A stretch of DNA of 64,000 nucleotides from an uncultured Acidobacteriota bacterium (lineage in GTDB: Bacteria; Acidobacteriota; Polarisedimenticolia; J045). The DNA is taken from assembly GCA_963702425.1 (NCBI GenBank), contig CAVPCQ010000033.1, positions 1-64,000 of the forward strand, read 5' to 3'. Position numbers and translations under genes: made by a program. The notes under the pieces were generated by a model. That model saw nothing but the letters and a program-made list of their open reading frames with translations. It had not been told where the DNA came from and did not search any database. Shown here piece by piece: positions 10,091 to 21,162 of this stretch (position 1 is the stretch's first letter; every line of letters begins with the position of its first letter).

Positions 10091-13000
10091 ATGAATCAGT
10101 CATCCTCCCCCGAAACCCGTCCGAAGCGCCGGGTCGACCCCCGTTTCCTCGCGGGCGACGGCGTCGTCGGTTTGACGGGCAACGAGCTGCTGGTCAAGGG
10201 CGCGCTCGAGGGGGGCGTGGCGCTGCTGACCGGCTACCCGGGCTCCCCGATCTCCGGCGTCTTCGAGACCGTCGAGGCGATCGCGCCCCACCTGGCCGAG
10301 ATCGGCGTCGTCGCGCAGATCGCCAACAACGAGGCGCTCGCGGCGGCCCGGCTGTCGGGGGCCTGCCAGGCCGGCCTGCGCGCGATGGCCGTGATGAAGT
10401 CGGTCGGCTTCCAGGTCGCCTCGGACGCGCTGGCCACCGGGAACCTCGTCGAGTTCCGGCGCCCCGAGGGGGGCGGACTCGTCGTCACCGGCGACGACCC
10501 GTGGAACGAGTCGACGCAGGTGAACTCCGACTCGCGCTTCCTCTCGATGCACCTGAACATGCCGGTGATCGAGCCCGGTTCGCTGCAGGAGATCAAGGAC
10601 TTCGTCGGTGCGGGGTTCGAGCTGTCGGGTGCCGCGGACCTGCTCGTCACGTTCGTGATCACGACCAACCAGGCCGACGGTGGCGGCACCGTGATCGCGC
10701 GCCCGAACGTCCCGCCGCCGGTGAACGCGATCCAGCGCGGCCACTTCGCCAGCGCCGGCGTGACGACCAGCGACGTGATCATGATTCCGCCCTTCATCAC
10801 GCAGCGCGAGGCGAGCCTGGCCGAGCGCGTGCAGCGGCTGCACGCCCGCGCTCGCGCGCTGCGGCTCGACCGGCGCTTCGGGCCGGAGGAACGCTCGCCG
10901 GTCGGGTTCGTGACCTCGGGCCTCTCGTCGGCCTACCTGAGGAAGGTGCTCGAGCTGGCCGGGCTGTGGGGCGAGGTCCCGGTGCTCAAGCTCGGTCTGA
11001 CCTACCCGATCGACGCCGAGCAGCTGGTCGCGCTTCGCCGCCGGCGTCGACCGGCTGATCGTCGTCGAGGAGAAGCGCGCCTTCGTCGAGATGCAGGCCC
11101 TGCAGGCGATCACCGACGCGGTGCGCGCGGGGCTGTTGGCCAGGGCACCCGAGCTGTGGGGCAAGCAGTTCCCGGCCGGCCGCCCGGGCTTCCCCTCCGT
11201 CGGCGGGATGAACCCGTCGGTGGTGCTCGAGGTGCTCGGCCCGGAACTGATGACTTGGGGCGAGTGGTTCCCGTCGCTCGAGCCGGCGCGGATCGCCGAG
11301 CGGCTGGCGCAGGTCCGCGAGACCGGGAACGGCGCGGACGCGATCCCCCGCCGCACGCCGACCTTCTGCCCTGGCTGCCCGCACCGCGATACCGCGGTGG
11401 TCGCACGCGACCTGAAGCGGCGACTGGGGAAGGATGGCGCGCAGGGTGGACCTGCGGCGGGCGGGGCGGCAGCGGGCGGATCGGCGTCGGGGGGCCCGCG
11501 GCCGCTCGATGTCGTGGTCCACGGCGAGTCGGGCTGCCACACGATGCTCGGCTTCCCGCCCTACTCGGAGCTGATGCAGAACTACGTCGGGATGGGCCTG
11601 GGCGGCGGCGCGGGCGCGGGGATGGGGCCCTTCGTCGACAACCCGCACCTGGTCTTCATGGGCGATTCCACCTTCTTCCACTCCGGGCTGGTGGCGATCT
11701 CCGACTCGATCAAGAACAACCTCGACATCACCTACGTGATCCTCGAGAACAAGACCACGGCGATGACCGGCCACCAGCCGACCGCCGAGAACGCGCAGGA
11801 CATCATGGGGCGCCCGACCCGCACGCAGGACATCGAGCGGATCCTGCGCGGGATGGTCCCGGACGGGCTGATGCTCAAGCGGCTCGACCCCGCGAAGCGG
11901 GACGCCTACGAGCGCGTCCTCGAGGAATGCGTCAAGTCCCCGGGCGTGAAGGTCGTCATCTCCGACAAGGAGTGCGCGATCACGGCGCACCGCCGCGAGA
12001 GCGCCGAGCGCAAGCGCCGGATCGCGGAGCGCGGTTTCATCGAGCGCGAGCAGCGGATCGGGATCGACGAAGAGGTCTGCGACAACTGCCTCGAGTGCGT
12101 CGACCAGACGGCCTGTCCCGGGCTGGCGGTCGTCGAGACGCCGCTCGGGCCGAAGATCGGCACCGACCTCACGACCTGCGTCGACGACGGGGCCTGCTCG
12201 CGGACACGGGCGTGTCCTTCGTTCGCGCGGCTGACGATCCGACGGCGGGCAGCGCCCGCGGCGGCTTCGCGCAGCGGTGCGGAAGGCGGCGGCGCGGCAG
12301 CTTCTGGTCCGGCCGCTGTCGGGGCGGGAGCGGCCGGCACGGCGGGTGTCGAGCCGGCGGCGCTGCCGCCGCCGCCCGAGGTCCCCGCCGTCGATCCAGC
12401 GGGTACCTGGTCGGCGTACCTCGGCGGAGTCGGCGGAATGGGGATCGGCGTGCTGACTGGGATCGTCGCGCGCGCCGGCGAGTTCGACGGTTACCACGCG
12501 CACTTCGTGACGCGCAACGGCCTGGCGATCCGCAACGGCGGCGTCTACGGCCACCTGGTCCTGTCGCGCGGCACGCCGCCCGACTCACCGTTCGAGTTCT
12601 ACGGCGACGCTGACCTGCTGCTGGGAATCGACCTGCTCGAGGCCTGCCGCGGCGCGCACCCCGGCGGCAACCTTCGCGTCGCGCACCGCGGGCGGACCAA
12701 GGCCGTCGTAAACCTCGGCGCGCAGCAGACGGTCCTGTCGCAGGCCTCGCGGGACGTCCTGGACACCGAGGCGCTCGCCGGTCTGCTCCGCACCCGCACC
12801 CGCGACGACGCCAGCCTGTTCGCCGACTTCTCGCGCGTCGCCGAGGCCGAGCTGGGTTCGCGCGTCTTCGTCAACGTGATGCTGCTCGGCGTCGCGTTCC
12901 AAAGGGGCTGGCTGCCGCTGACGGAGGGGGCGCTGGTTCGGTCGATCGAGGGGAACGTCCGCGCCGCGGACCGCGCCGCGAACCTGCGCGCTTTCCGGCT

Positions 13001-13859
13001 GGGGCGCGAGCTGGCGCTGGCGCCGCCCGAGGAGCGGAGTGCGGGGGCGGGGGCGGCGACGGGCGCCGGGACGGCGCCGGGCTCGGCAACGGTGGGTTAC
13101 GGCGAGACCGTCGCGGCGCGCGCCGCACTGATCGAGCGCGAGCGCGGCGGCGGCGCGAGCGCGGCGGCCGGGTATCGCCGACTCGCCCTCGCGGCGGGCG
13201 AGGAGCTGGCGCTGCCGGAGGCCGACCGCCGGTACGCCGCCCACGCGCTGGCCGACCTCGTCCGCTACGGCGGCGTCGAGCTGGCCGAACGCTACCAGTC
13301 GCACCTGCGAGCGGTCCTGGCGCACGACGGCAGCGAGCGCGGGTTCCGGGCGACGCAGGCGGCGTTGCGCGCGTTCTTCCGCCTGATGGCCCCCAAGGAC
13401 GAGTTCTGGGTCGCGCGCCTGCTCACCTCCCCCGAGAAGCTGGAGCGCGACCGAAAGAAGTACGGCATCGATCCCTCGCGCGGCGACTCGCTCGGCTACG
13501 CCTTCCTGGTGCGGCCGCGGTTGCGGGTGCTCGGGCGCGAGCTGGAGCTCCCGGTGGCGGCGCCGCCCTGGGTCCTTCGGCTGGTCGCGTCCTGCTCGTT
13601 CCTGCGGACCTGGGGCCGCGGGTGGAACCGCGAGGACGACGAGTTCTTCGCCTGGTTCCTCGCTGCCGTCGACGAGGCGGGTCGCGACGGGGACTACGAG
13701 CGGTTGGTGAAGATCCTCAAACGCGGCGCGGAGGTCGTCGGGTTCCGTGACATCCGTGGCCGCAACCGGGACGCTGCGCGGCGCGCGATCACGGCGCTGC
13801 GGGCGGAGCGGGGGGGCGCGCGGGCGGAGGCACGCCTCGCGTCGGTCTCCGCGGGTTAG
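10091..13859 (+). CDS. Indolepyruvate:ferredoxin oxidoreductase family, fused alpha/beta single chain (frameshift near 11040)
   Basis: TGYPGSP, ANNEALA, TFCPGCPH, TPP motif MGDSTFFHSG..N, ferredoxin CDNCLEC...C, beta-subunit GVGGMG and NLRAFRLG. Confidence 0.88.
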
Positions 13860-13976
13860 TCCGGGTCACTCGGAAGGGCCGAGGCGAGCTCGCGTCGCAC
13901 TCCTTTCGGAATGATTCGACTCGGCCGCGATCGGGAACTTCCGCGGTCCCCCTGCGTTTACTCGCGAGGAGGCATC

Positions 13977-15497
13977 GTGCTGCGATTCCAGCTGCTGTTC
14001 GCCGCCCTGCTGGCCGCCCTGCTGACCGCGCCGCTCCCGGTCGGGGCCCAGGTCACCGCAGGCGAGTTCCAGGACACGGCAGCGATCCCGGCCACGCCAG
14101 CCGGTGCGCGGATGCGCGAGCTGATCGAGGTCGTCAACCAGGGAGACGACGCGGCGCTGGCCGCGTTCGTCGAGTCTCGGACCACGCCGGCGCTCCGCGG
14201 CGAGGCCGGAGCGGGCGAGCTCACTTCTTTCCTGGGAACCATGTACGACCTCCACGGCACGCTCGCATTCCACGCCGAACGGCGTTTCCCGGCGAGACCG
14301 ATGCCGGACGGGATGGTCGCTATCGTCCGCACCGAGCGGTCGCAGCGCTGGCTGGGGATCATGATCACGATCGAGCCCGCGCTGCCGCACCGCATCGCCA
14401 CGCTGATGTTCAACGCCGCGCGCCCCCCGGTCGACGCGGTCGATCGATCGCCGATCGACGCGGAGGGACTGGCGCGCGAGCTGGACCTCTATCTCGCGCC
14501 ACTGGCGGCCCGGCAGGCGTTCTCGGGGAGCGTGCTGATCGCGCGCGGCGACCGGGTTCTGTTCGCCCGCGGCTATGGCGAAGCGGATCGCGACAAGGGG
14601 ATCCCGAATCGGCCGGAAACCCGCTTCGGGCTCAGCTCGATGGGCAAGATGTTCACTGCGGTCGCGATCGCGCAACTGGCCGAACAGGGGAAGCTGTCGC
14701 TCGACGATCCGCTGGGCAAGTACCTCGGCCGCGGCTGGCTCTCCACCGCGGACCGCAAGGCGATCACGCTGCGCCAGCTGCTTTCGCATACCGCCGGGAC
14801 CGGCGACTACCTCTCCGATCCGCGCTTCACCGGCGCCCGTGGGAAGTTCCGCCGCGTCGACGATTACAAGCCGCTGTTCGCCGACGCGAAGCTCGCCTTC
14901 CCGCCCGGCACGCGCTTCCAGTACAGCAACTCGGGATTCATCCTGCTGGGTGCGGTGATCGAGAAGGTCAGCGGCCGTCCCTACCAGGACTACGTGCGCG
15001 GCGCGATCTGGGGAGTAGCCGGGATGACGGCGACCGGCTGCACTGACGTTGCCGGCGACGACGCAGGAATCGACGCAGGAATCGCGGTCGGGTACAGCCA
15101 GGCTCGCGAAGGGGACCGCACGGTGTGGCGCACCACGCAGTCGACCGTGCCGCGTTTCGGCGGCCCCGCCGGCGGCTGCGTCTCGACCGTGCTCGATCTT
15201 CAGCGCTTCGAGCGGGCGCTCGCGGGCGGCAAGCTGATCTCCGCGGCGATGCTCGAAACGCTCTGGACGGACAGCGGCCCCCGGGGCACGCCGAGCGGCT
15301 ACGGGCTCGGCTTCGACCTCGACGGAACTCCCGGCGACCGCGTCGCCGGGCATGGCGGCTCCTTCCCCGGGGCCTATGGCGCCTTCGACATCTACCGCGA
15401 CCGCGACGCGCTGGTCATCGTGCTGAGCAACGGGAACGGGATCGGCTCAGCGAAGGAGAAGGCGCGCGAGCTGGTGGGCCGACTTCCCGTCCCGTAG
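13977..15497 (+). CDS. Secreted serine hydrolase (beta-lactamase class C/AmpC-like family)
   Basis: RBS GAGGAGG, signal peptide, SxxK (SMGK), LLSHTAG, YSN, GHGG. Confidence 0.9.
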   Translation: MLRFQLLFAALLAALLTAPLPVGAQVTAGEFQDTAAIPATPAGARMRELIEVVNQGDDAALAAFVESRTTPALRGEAGAGELTSFLGTMYDLHGTLAFHAERRFPARPMPDGMVAIVRTERSQRWLGIMITIEPALPHRIATLMFNAARPPVDAVDRSPIDAEGLARELDLYLAPLAARQAFSGSVLIARGDRVLFARGYGEADRDKGIPNRPETRFGLSSMGKMFTAVAIAQLAEQGKLSLDDPLGKYLGRGWLSTADRKAITLRQLLSHTAGTGDYLSDPRFTGARGKFRRVDDYKPLFADAKLAFPPGTRFQYSNSGFILLGAVIEKVSGRPYQDYVRGAIWGVAGMTATGCTDVAGDDAGIDAGIAVGYSQAREGDRTVWRTTQSTVPRFGGPAGGCVSTVLDLQRFERALAGGKLISAAMLETLWTDSGPRGTPSGYGLGFDLDGTPGDRVAGHGGSFPGAYGAFDIYRDRDALVIVLSNGNGIGSAKEKARELVGRLPVP

Positions 15498-15512
15498 CGA
15501 CGCGGAGCCTTG

Positions 15513-15850
15513 GCGTTCCCGGAGCCGCGGATCGCGGGCAGCCTCCCGGATCCGCGGAACTTGGGCCGCCTCCCGGGATCGCGGCGGAACTTGGGCCGCC
15601 TCCCGGAGCGGCGCGGATGGCGGGCCGCCTCCGGAAACCGGGGAGCCGGGCGCCTCCTGAAGCGGCGGAGCGCGGGCGCCTCCGGACTCCGCGGAACCCG
15701 GGACGCCTCCCGAATCTGCTGAGCCCGGGCGCCTCCCGAATCCGCTGAGCCCGAGCACCTCCCGAATCTGCTGAGCCCGGGCGCCTCCCGAATCCGCTGA
15801 GCCCGAGCACCTCCCGAATCTGCTGAGCCCGGGCGCCTCCCGAAGCGGCG
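15513..15850. repeat. Intergenic tandem array of ~13 units of 25-30 bp anchored on GCCTCC; last five units are near-perfect 26-mers alternating A-B-A-B-A
   Basis: CCTCCCGAATCTGCTGAGCCCGGGCG and CCTCCCGAATCCGCTGAGCCCGAGCA alternate from 15706 to 15844; more diverged units start at 15541, 15568, 15598, 15627, 15652, 15678. Confidence 0.9.
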
Positions 15851-16055
15851 TGGCTCTCCCTGAGGGGGGGCGAGAGCGGTGGGTGATTCTGCTTTCGCAG
15901 CGGCCCCGGCTGGTCGGTTCAACCCGGAGAGCGGTCGCTCGCGCTCGACGATCCCGCGCCGCCTGCTGCGGTTTCTCGTCTCACTGTGACCACGCCGCCG
16001 GGCAGGTGCGCGTTCCTCTCGCGGGACGCAGTCGAGCCGAGATTTCGTGCAGGGT

Positions 16056-16096
16056 ATGACAGTACTTTGTGTGTCATGTGATATGATGATCACATG
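16056..16096. promoter_or_regulatory. AT-rich overlapping inverted repeats at the start of the HNH gene (candidate operator)
   Basis: ATGACA-N10-TGTCAT (16056-16077) and CATGTGAT-N6-ATCACATG (16075-16096) in a locally low-GC patch. Confidence 0.45.
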
Positions 16097-18785
16097 TCGG
16101 CGGGAATCCTCATCGACTGGTCGGGGGCGGTCGGCCGCAGGCGGTGGGACCTGCTGCTGCCGGGCTACCCGACCGCTCCCGTGCGCCCGGCCGATCGCCG
16201 CGGCACCGGCGACGACGGCGCAGGCAGCGGCAGCCGCGCCGTCCGTAGCGGGAGCGGGAGCAGCGGCAAGCTCTGCGACAGCCGCAGCAGCGGCGTGCTC
16301 GGCGACAGCCGCAGCAGCGGCGTGCTCGGCGACAGCCGCAGCAGCGGCGTGCTCGGCGACAGCCGCCACATCGACAGCGAGGCGGTCGTGCGCTTCCCGG
16401 CGCCCCCCGCCCGGCTCCTGCGGCTCGACCGGCTGGCCCTCGAGCTGCGCGTCGCGCACGACCGCCTCGCGCGGCCGCTGGCGCGCGCCGCGGCGGCGTT
16501 CCTGGCCGCGAGAGCGTGGCGCGCCTGCGGCGCGGCCCGGCTCGAGGACCACGCCCGCGAACGGTTCGGCCGCACGGCGCGCTGGGTCCGGCAGTGGGCA
16601 GACCTCGGCGGCGCGCTCGCGCGCTGTCCGGAGCTGGCGTGCGCGCTCACGGGGGACGACGGCGGGATGCCGCTCGGCGCCGAAGCGGCGCGGCTGGTGG
16701 CGCGGGTGGTGGTTGCGGACGCCGACGCGGATTGCGACGCCCTGCTCGCGCGGTGGATCGCGCGGGCCCGGGAGGTGCCGCTGCGCGTCCTGCGGGCCGA
16801 GGTGCGGGCCGCACTCGCGCGCGATGCAGGCGATGCGATCGTCGCAGTGGAAGGCGAAGCGGATGGTGCGGCCGAGGGCGGCTTCCCCAAGGTCGCCGCG
16901 AGCGCCGGCCACGTCGCCGGCGACCCCGAGCTCGACGACGAGCCGCGCTGCCTCGTCGAGTTCCGGCTCCCGGCCGCGATCCGCGCCGCCTTCGACGAGG
17001 TCGTCGACCTGCACCGCGCGCTCGCCGGGCGCGACGGATCGCTGGCCGAGGCGATCGACGCGCTGCTCGCGGAATCCATGTCGGGGAGCCTGGCGCTCCC
17101 GGACGAGGGCCGGTTTGGCACGCCCGGCGTGTTCGGCGCGGTCGGTGTGGTTGGCGCGCCTGGTGCGCCTGGCGTGGTTGGCCCACCTGGTGCGGTCGGT
17201 GTGGTTGGCGCGGTCGGCACGCCCGGGACACCGCGTGCGGCGACCGCGCATCGCGGCGGGAGCGACGCGCTGGGCCTCGCGTGGCGCCCGGCCGGGCGCC
17301 TTCACGCACGTGATTCCAAGCGGGAAGCGCGACTCGAGCGGGCTACCGCTCGCTGGGCCGCCCTGCCGCCTCTGACTCCCTCCGAGTTCACCCCCCGGCT
17401 CGACGACCTGTTGCGCCGCGCCGAGGCCTCGCTCGCCGAGTTCCGGCAGCTCGAAGCCTGTGCCGGCTACGGCGGCCCGCTTGCGCTCGATGACCAGCTC
17501 TGCCGGCTCGTCCTGCTCGAGGACGCCCTGATGCGCCGCCTCGGCGAGATCGTGCTGGAGTTCTCCCGCCGCGGTGCGTGGGCCACGCTCGGCTTCGCCG
17601 GCATCGGCCACTACGCCGAGCGCCGGCTGGGCCTGCCGGCGACCGTCGTCGAAGACCGCGTCGCCGTCGCGCGCCGCCTCGCCCGCTTCCCGCTCCTGCG
17701 CGACGCCTACGAGCGCGGCGCGCTCGGGCTCGATGCCCTGCTCGTCGTCCTGCGCACGCTCGGCCGCGGGCCCGTCCCGGACGACGTGGAACGCGCCTGG
17801 CTCGCCCGCGCCCGCGAGGCCACCGTCAAGCGGCTGCGCGACGAGGCCCGGGCGCTCGCGCGGCGCGATCTCGAGCTGGCGCCGGAGGCCGCGGACGGGT
17901 CGCCGCACCTGGACGGCCTGATGGCCGCGGACGAGTCCCCGCACCTGGACGGCCTGATGGCCGCGGACGAGTCGCTGCACCCGGACGGCCTGGTGGCCGC
18001 GGACGGGTCGCCGCACCTGGACAGTCAGGTCTCCAAGCACGGCGAAGCGGCCGTGGACCGTGGTGCGCTCGCAGGCGGTCGAGCACCCACGAATGCGCAG
18101 CCGCTTGCGCACGGTCGAGTGCCCGCGGAGCGCGGCGCACCGCCGCGCCCCCTCTCCGACACCGCCTGGGCCGCCGCGCTGCGCCGCGCTCCCGGCCTCG
18201 CGCGCCGCCGCGTGCTCCAGGCCGGACTGCTGGCACTCGAGCCCAGCCCGGACGTTTTCCTCCGGCTCCGCCTGCCGGAGTCGCTCGCCGACGACCTGCT
18301 CGCCGCGGTCGAGGCCGCACGGCGCGGCCTGACCGCGCTGGCCGACAGCGTCCCGTGGCAGCTGCCCGTGGCCCGACGACGCGGCCCTCCCCTCCGTCCG
18401 CGCCGCCCGGATGTTTTCCGTCCGCGCCCGGCGCGCCCCGGCCTGGGTCGGGCTGCTCGCGCTCCTGGAGGAAGCCGCCTTCGCCTGGGACGACCCACGC
18501 GCTTTCCCCGAACGCGCCGCCGACCCGATCTACCGCCGCGACGGCTTCCGCTGCACGGCTCCCGGCTGCACCGCCCGCGCCACGATCGAAGAGCACCACG
18601 TCGTCTTCCGCTCGCGTGGCGGCAGCGACGACCCCGCCAACCGCGTCGCGCTCTGCGCCGCCCACCACGCCGCGCTCCATGAGCACGGCACGCTCGCCGT
18701 CTCCGGTACCGCGCCGCTCGGGCTCACCTGGACTGCGGGGGCCGGACCGGCCACCGTGCGCTACCGCTGCGAACGGCGCCTGTGA
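16094..18785 (+). CDS. Large HNH endonuclease-domain protein with DUF222-like organisation (frameshift near 18365)
   Basis: C-terminal RRDGFRCTAPGC...EEHHVVFRSRGGSDDPANRVALCAAHH is a zinc-binding HNH motif; long Ala/Arg-rich helical N-terminal region in ORF 16094..18682. Confidence 0.8.
16275..16366 (+). repeat. In-frame 27-bp tandem repeat encoding SSGVLGDSR x3
   Basis: GCGACAGCCGCAGCAGCGGCGTGCTCG repeated about 3.4 times. Confidence 0.92.
17117..17233 (+). repeat. In-frame Gly-X-Y repeat (13 triplets)
   Basis: GTP GVF GAV GVV GAP GAP GVV GPP GAV GVV GAV GTP GTP. Confidence 0.8.
17888..18022 (+). repeat. In-frame 36-bp tandem repeat encoding AAD(G/E)SPHLDGLM, about 4 copies
   Basis: GCCGCGGACGGGTCGCCGCACCTGGACGGCCTGATG and variants. 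Confidence 0.92.
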
Positions 18786-18837
18786 CGGCCCGGGTGCCCG
18801 AAACGCCGTACAATCTGCGGCCCCCCGGAGGCCCGAG

Positions 18838-19101
18838 ATGCTCGATTCCGCGGACCTGAAGAACCAGCTGCGGACCTTCATCTGCCGCGAGCTGATCCGC
18901 AACCCGAACTACCCCCTGCGGGACGACGAGCCGCTGGTCACCGGCGGCCTGATCGACTCGTTCGCGATCGCCCAGGTCGGCGTCTTCGTCGAAAAGGCCT
19001 TCAAGATCTACGTGCCGGACACCGAGCTGACCGTCGACAACATGGACTCCGTCGAGAAGATGGCGGCCTGCGTGATCGCGACCGCCGCGAAGGACCGCTG
19101 A
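18838..19101 (+). CDS. Acyl carrier protein
   Basis: 87 aa, acidic, phosphopantetheine site GLIDSF, RBS GGAGG. Confidence 0.85.
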   Translation: MLDSADLKNQLRTFICRELIRNPNYPLRDDEPLVTGGLIDSFAIAQVGVFVEKAFKIYVPDTELTVDNMDSVEKMAACVIATAAKDR

Positions 19102-19114
19102 GGAGCACCGGACG

Positions 19115-20830
19115 ATGACGACCTCCCGACCGATCGACTTCGAGCCGCTCGACCGTTCCGCGACGCTGATCGAGGCGTTCGGGCGCTCCCGCATCGATCC
19201 GGCCTCGCTCGCGATCACGTACATCGAGACCGGATGCGATCCGGTGCGGATCTCGCGCGCCGAGTTCGCGATCACCGCCCGGCGCTACGCCGCCGCGATG
19301 CGCGCGGTGGGCGTCCGGCCGGGCGACCTCGTGCTCGTCGCCCACGAAGACACCATGTCGCTGTTCTACGCGTTCTGGGGCCTGCTGCTGCTCGGCGCGG
19401 TCCCGTCGATCTACACCATCCCCAACGAGCGGCTCTTCCCCGAGATCTACATGGCCAACGTCGCCGCCCTGGTCAAGGACATCGACGCCCGGGCGCTGCT
19501 CACTTCCGATCCGCTGGCCGAGCAGTTCGCCAACCGGATCCCCTGCCCGGTGATCGGCTTCAGCCGGGTCCTGGAAGCCCTGCCGCAGGCCCGCGACGGG
19601 GCCTTCTCATCCGACCACCCCGCCGCCGACGACGATCTCGCCTACGTCCAGACCTCGAGCGGCACGACCGGCAACCAGCGCTGCGTCCCGACCACCCACA
19701 GGATGGTCCTGGTCCAGCTGGCCAGCCTGGCGCGCCGGATGGACGTCCGGCAGGACGACGTGATCGCCAACTGGATGCCGCTCTACCACGACGGCGGCCT
19801 GATCCTCGGCGCGGTCATGCCGTTGCTCTGCGGTGTGCCGGTCGTGATGATGTCGCCCCTGGACTGGGTGCGGCACCCGGCGATCCTCTTCAAGGCGATC
19901 GGCGAGCACGGCGCGACCTTCTGCAACATGCCGAACTTCGCCTTCAACCACCTCGTCCGCCGGGTCCGCGAGCGCGACGTGGAGGGGCTCTCGCTGGCCG
20001 GCGTGCGAGCCTTCGTCAACGGCTCCGAGCGGGTCTACCACACCAGCTTCGAGGGCTTCCTCGAGCGCTTCGGCGCGCTGGGTGTGACGCGCGACCGGCT
20101 GGGCGTGGCCTACGGCCTGGCGGAGAACACGCTGATGGCGGCGCACACCGCCACCGGCCGGCCGCTGGTCTTCGACGCCGTGGACCGCCGCCGGCTGGAA
20201 GCCGAGCAGGTCGCGGTGCCCGTCGAACCGTCCCACGACGACGCGGTGATCAACGTCTCCTGCGGGCCGCCGCTCGACGGCGTCGCGGTCGAGATTCTCG
20301 ACGAGGAAGACAAGCCGCTCCCGCCGCGCCGCGTCGGCCAGGTCGCGATCCGCAGCGGGTCGCTGTTCAAGGGCTACCACCGGCGGCCCGACCTCAGCGC
20401 GGACCTGTTCCGCGGCGAGTGGTTCCTGACCGGCGACATGGGCTACCTCGCCGACGGCGAGCTCTACGTCGTCGGGCGGCTGAAGGACCTGATCATCAAC
20501 GGCGGCAAGAACATCTACCCGGCCGACCTCGAGGAGATCGTCAGCGCGATCCCCGGCGTGCGGCCCGGGCGCGTGGCGGTCTTCGGCGTACCCGACGAAG
20601 CCGAGGGGACCGAGCTGATCGCCGTCGTCGTGGAGATCGACAGCGAGGACCCCGAGGCCAAGGCCGAGGTCGACCGCGCGATCCGCCGCGCGATCACGCG
20701 GCAGATGTCGCTGACCGTCAGCTTCGTCGACGTGCTCAGCGAGCGCTGGATCATCAAGACCTCGAGCGGCAAGACCTCGCGGATCGCGAACCGCCGCAAG
20801 TGGCTCGAGGGGCGGGCCGCGGGAGGCTAG
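19115..20830 (+). CDS. Fatty acyl-AMP ligase (FAAL)-like adenylating enzyme
   Basis: YVQTSSGTTG, WMPLYHDGGLI, PNFAF, YGLAENTL, TGDMG, GRLKDLII, KTSSGK. Confidence 0.88.
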   Translation: MTTSRPIDFEPLDRSATLIEAFGRSRIDPASLAITYIETGCDPVRISRAEFAITARRYAAAMRAVGVRPGDLVLVAHEDTMSLFYAFWGLLLLGAVPSIYTIPNERLFPEIYMANVAALVKDIDARALLTSDPLAEQFANRIPCPVIGFSRVLEALPQARDGAFSSDHPAADDDLAYVQTSSGTTGNQRCVPTTHRMVLVQLASLARRMDVRQDDVIANWMPLYHDGGLILGAVMPLLCGVPVVMMSPLDWVRHPAILFKAIGEHGATFCNMPNFAFNHLVRRVRERDVEGLSLAGVRAFVNGSERVYHTSFEGFLERFGALGVTRDRLGVAYGLAENTLMAAHTATGRPLVFDAVDRRRLEAEQVAVPVEPSHDDAVINVSCGPPLDGVAVEILDEEDKPLPPRRVGQVAIRSGSLFKGYHRRPDLSADLFRGEWFLTGDMGYLADGELYVVGRLKDLIINGGKNIYPADLEEIVSAIPGVRPGRVAVFGVPDEAEGTELIAVVVEIDSEDPEAKAEVDRAIRRAITRQMSLTVSFVDVLSERWIIKTSSGKTSRIANRRKWLEGRAAGG

Positions 20831-21162
20831 GACATCCGCGCGTACGCCGTCGCCGCGTGCCGCGTGCGTCCGTCGTCCGCCAGCTCCTTCGTCAGCTCCT
20901 CGCGCAGCGCGCAGAGCATGACCAGCGACTGGCGCGCTTCCTCCTGGGCTTCCTCGAGCAGCGTGCGCACCGGCCCGGGAGCGAGCTGGCCCGGCGGCAG
21001 GATCGCCGCCAGCCGCGCCAGGATCTCGCCGCGGCGCGCTCCGAACGGCTCCAGGTCGTCCAGCCGACCGGCAGCGATGACGTCGCGCTCCTCGCGCCCG
21101 ACGTCGCGCAGCGCGCGCGCCAGGCTCTCGGCCTCTTCCAGTACCGTCGGCGTGAGCATCAT
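20827..21162 (-). CDS. Small helical flagellar chaperone-like protein (FliT-like by position)
   Basis: 111 aa directly downstream of fliS with ATGA overlap; C-terminal ATAYARM; sequence alone is not diagnostic. Confidence 0.5.
   Translation of the reverse strand: MMLTPTVLEEAESLARALRDVGREERDVIAAGRLDDLEPFGARRGEILARLAAILPPGQLAPGPVRTLLEEAQEEARQSLVMLCALREELTKELADDGRTRHAATAYARMS

Noticed and set aside
15513-15850. CRISPR array
   Set aside because: The units are contiguous degenerate copies with no unique spacers, and there are no cas genes in the window
17117-17233. True collagen domain
   Set aside because: Only 13 triplets, Val/Ala-rich and inside a probable cytoplasmic nuclease; more likely a slippage-derived linker
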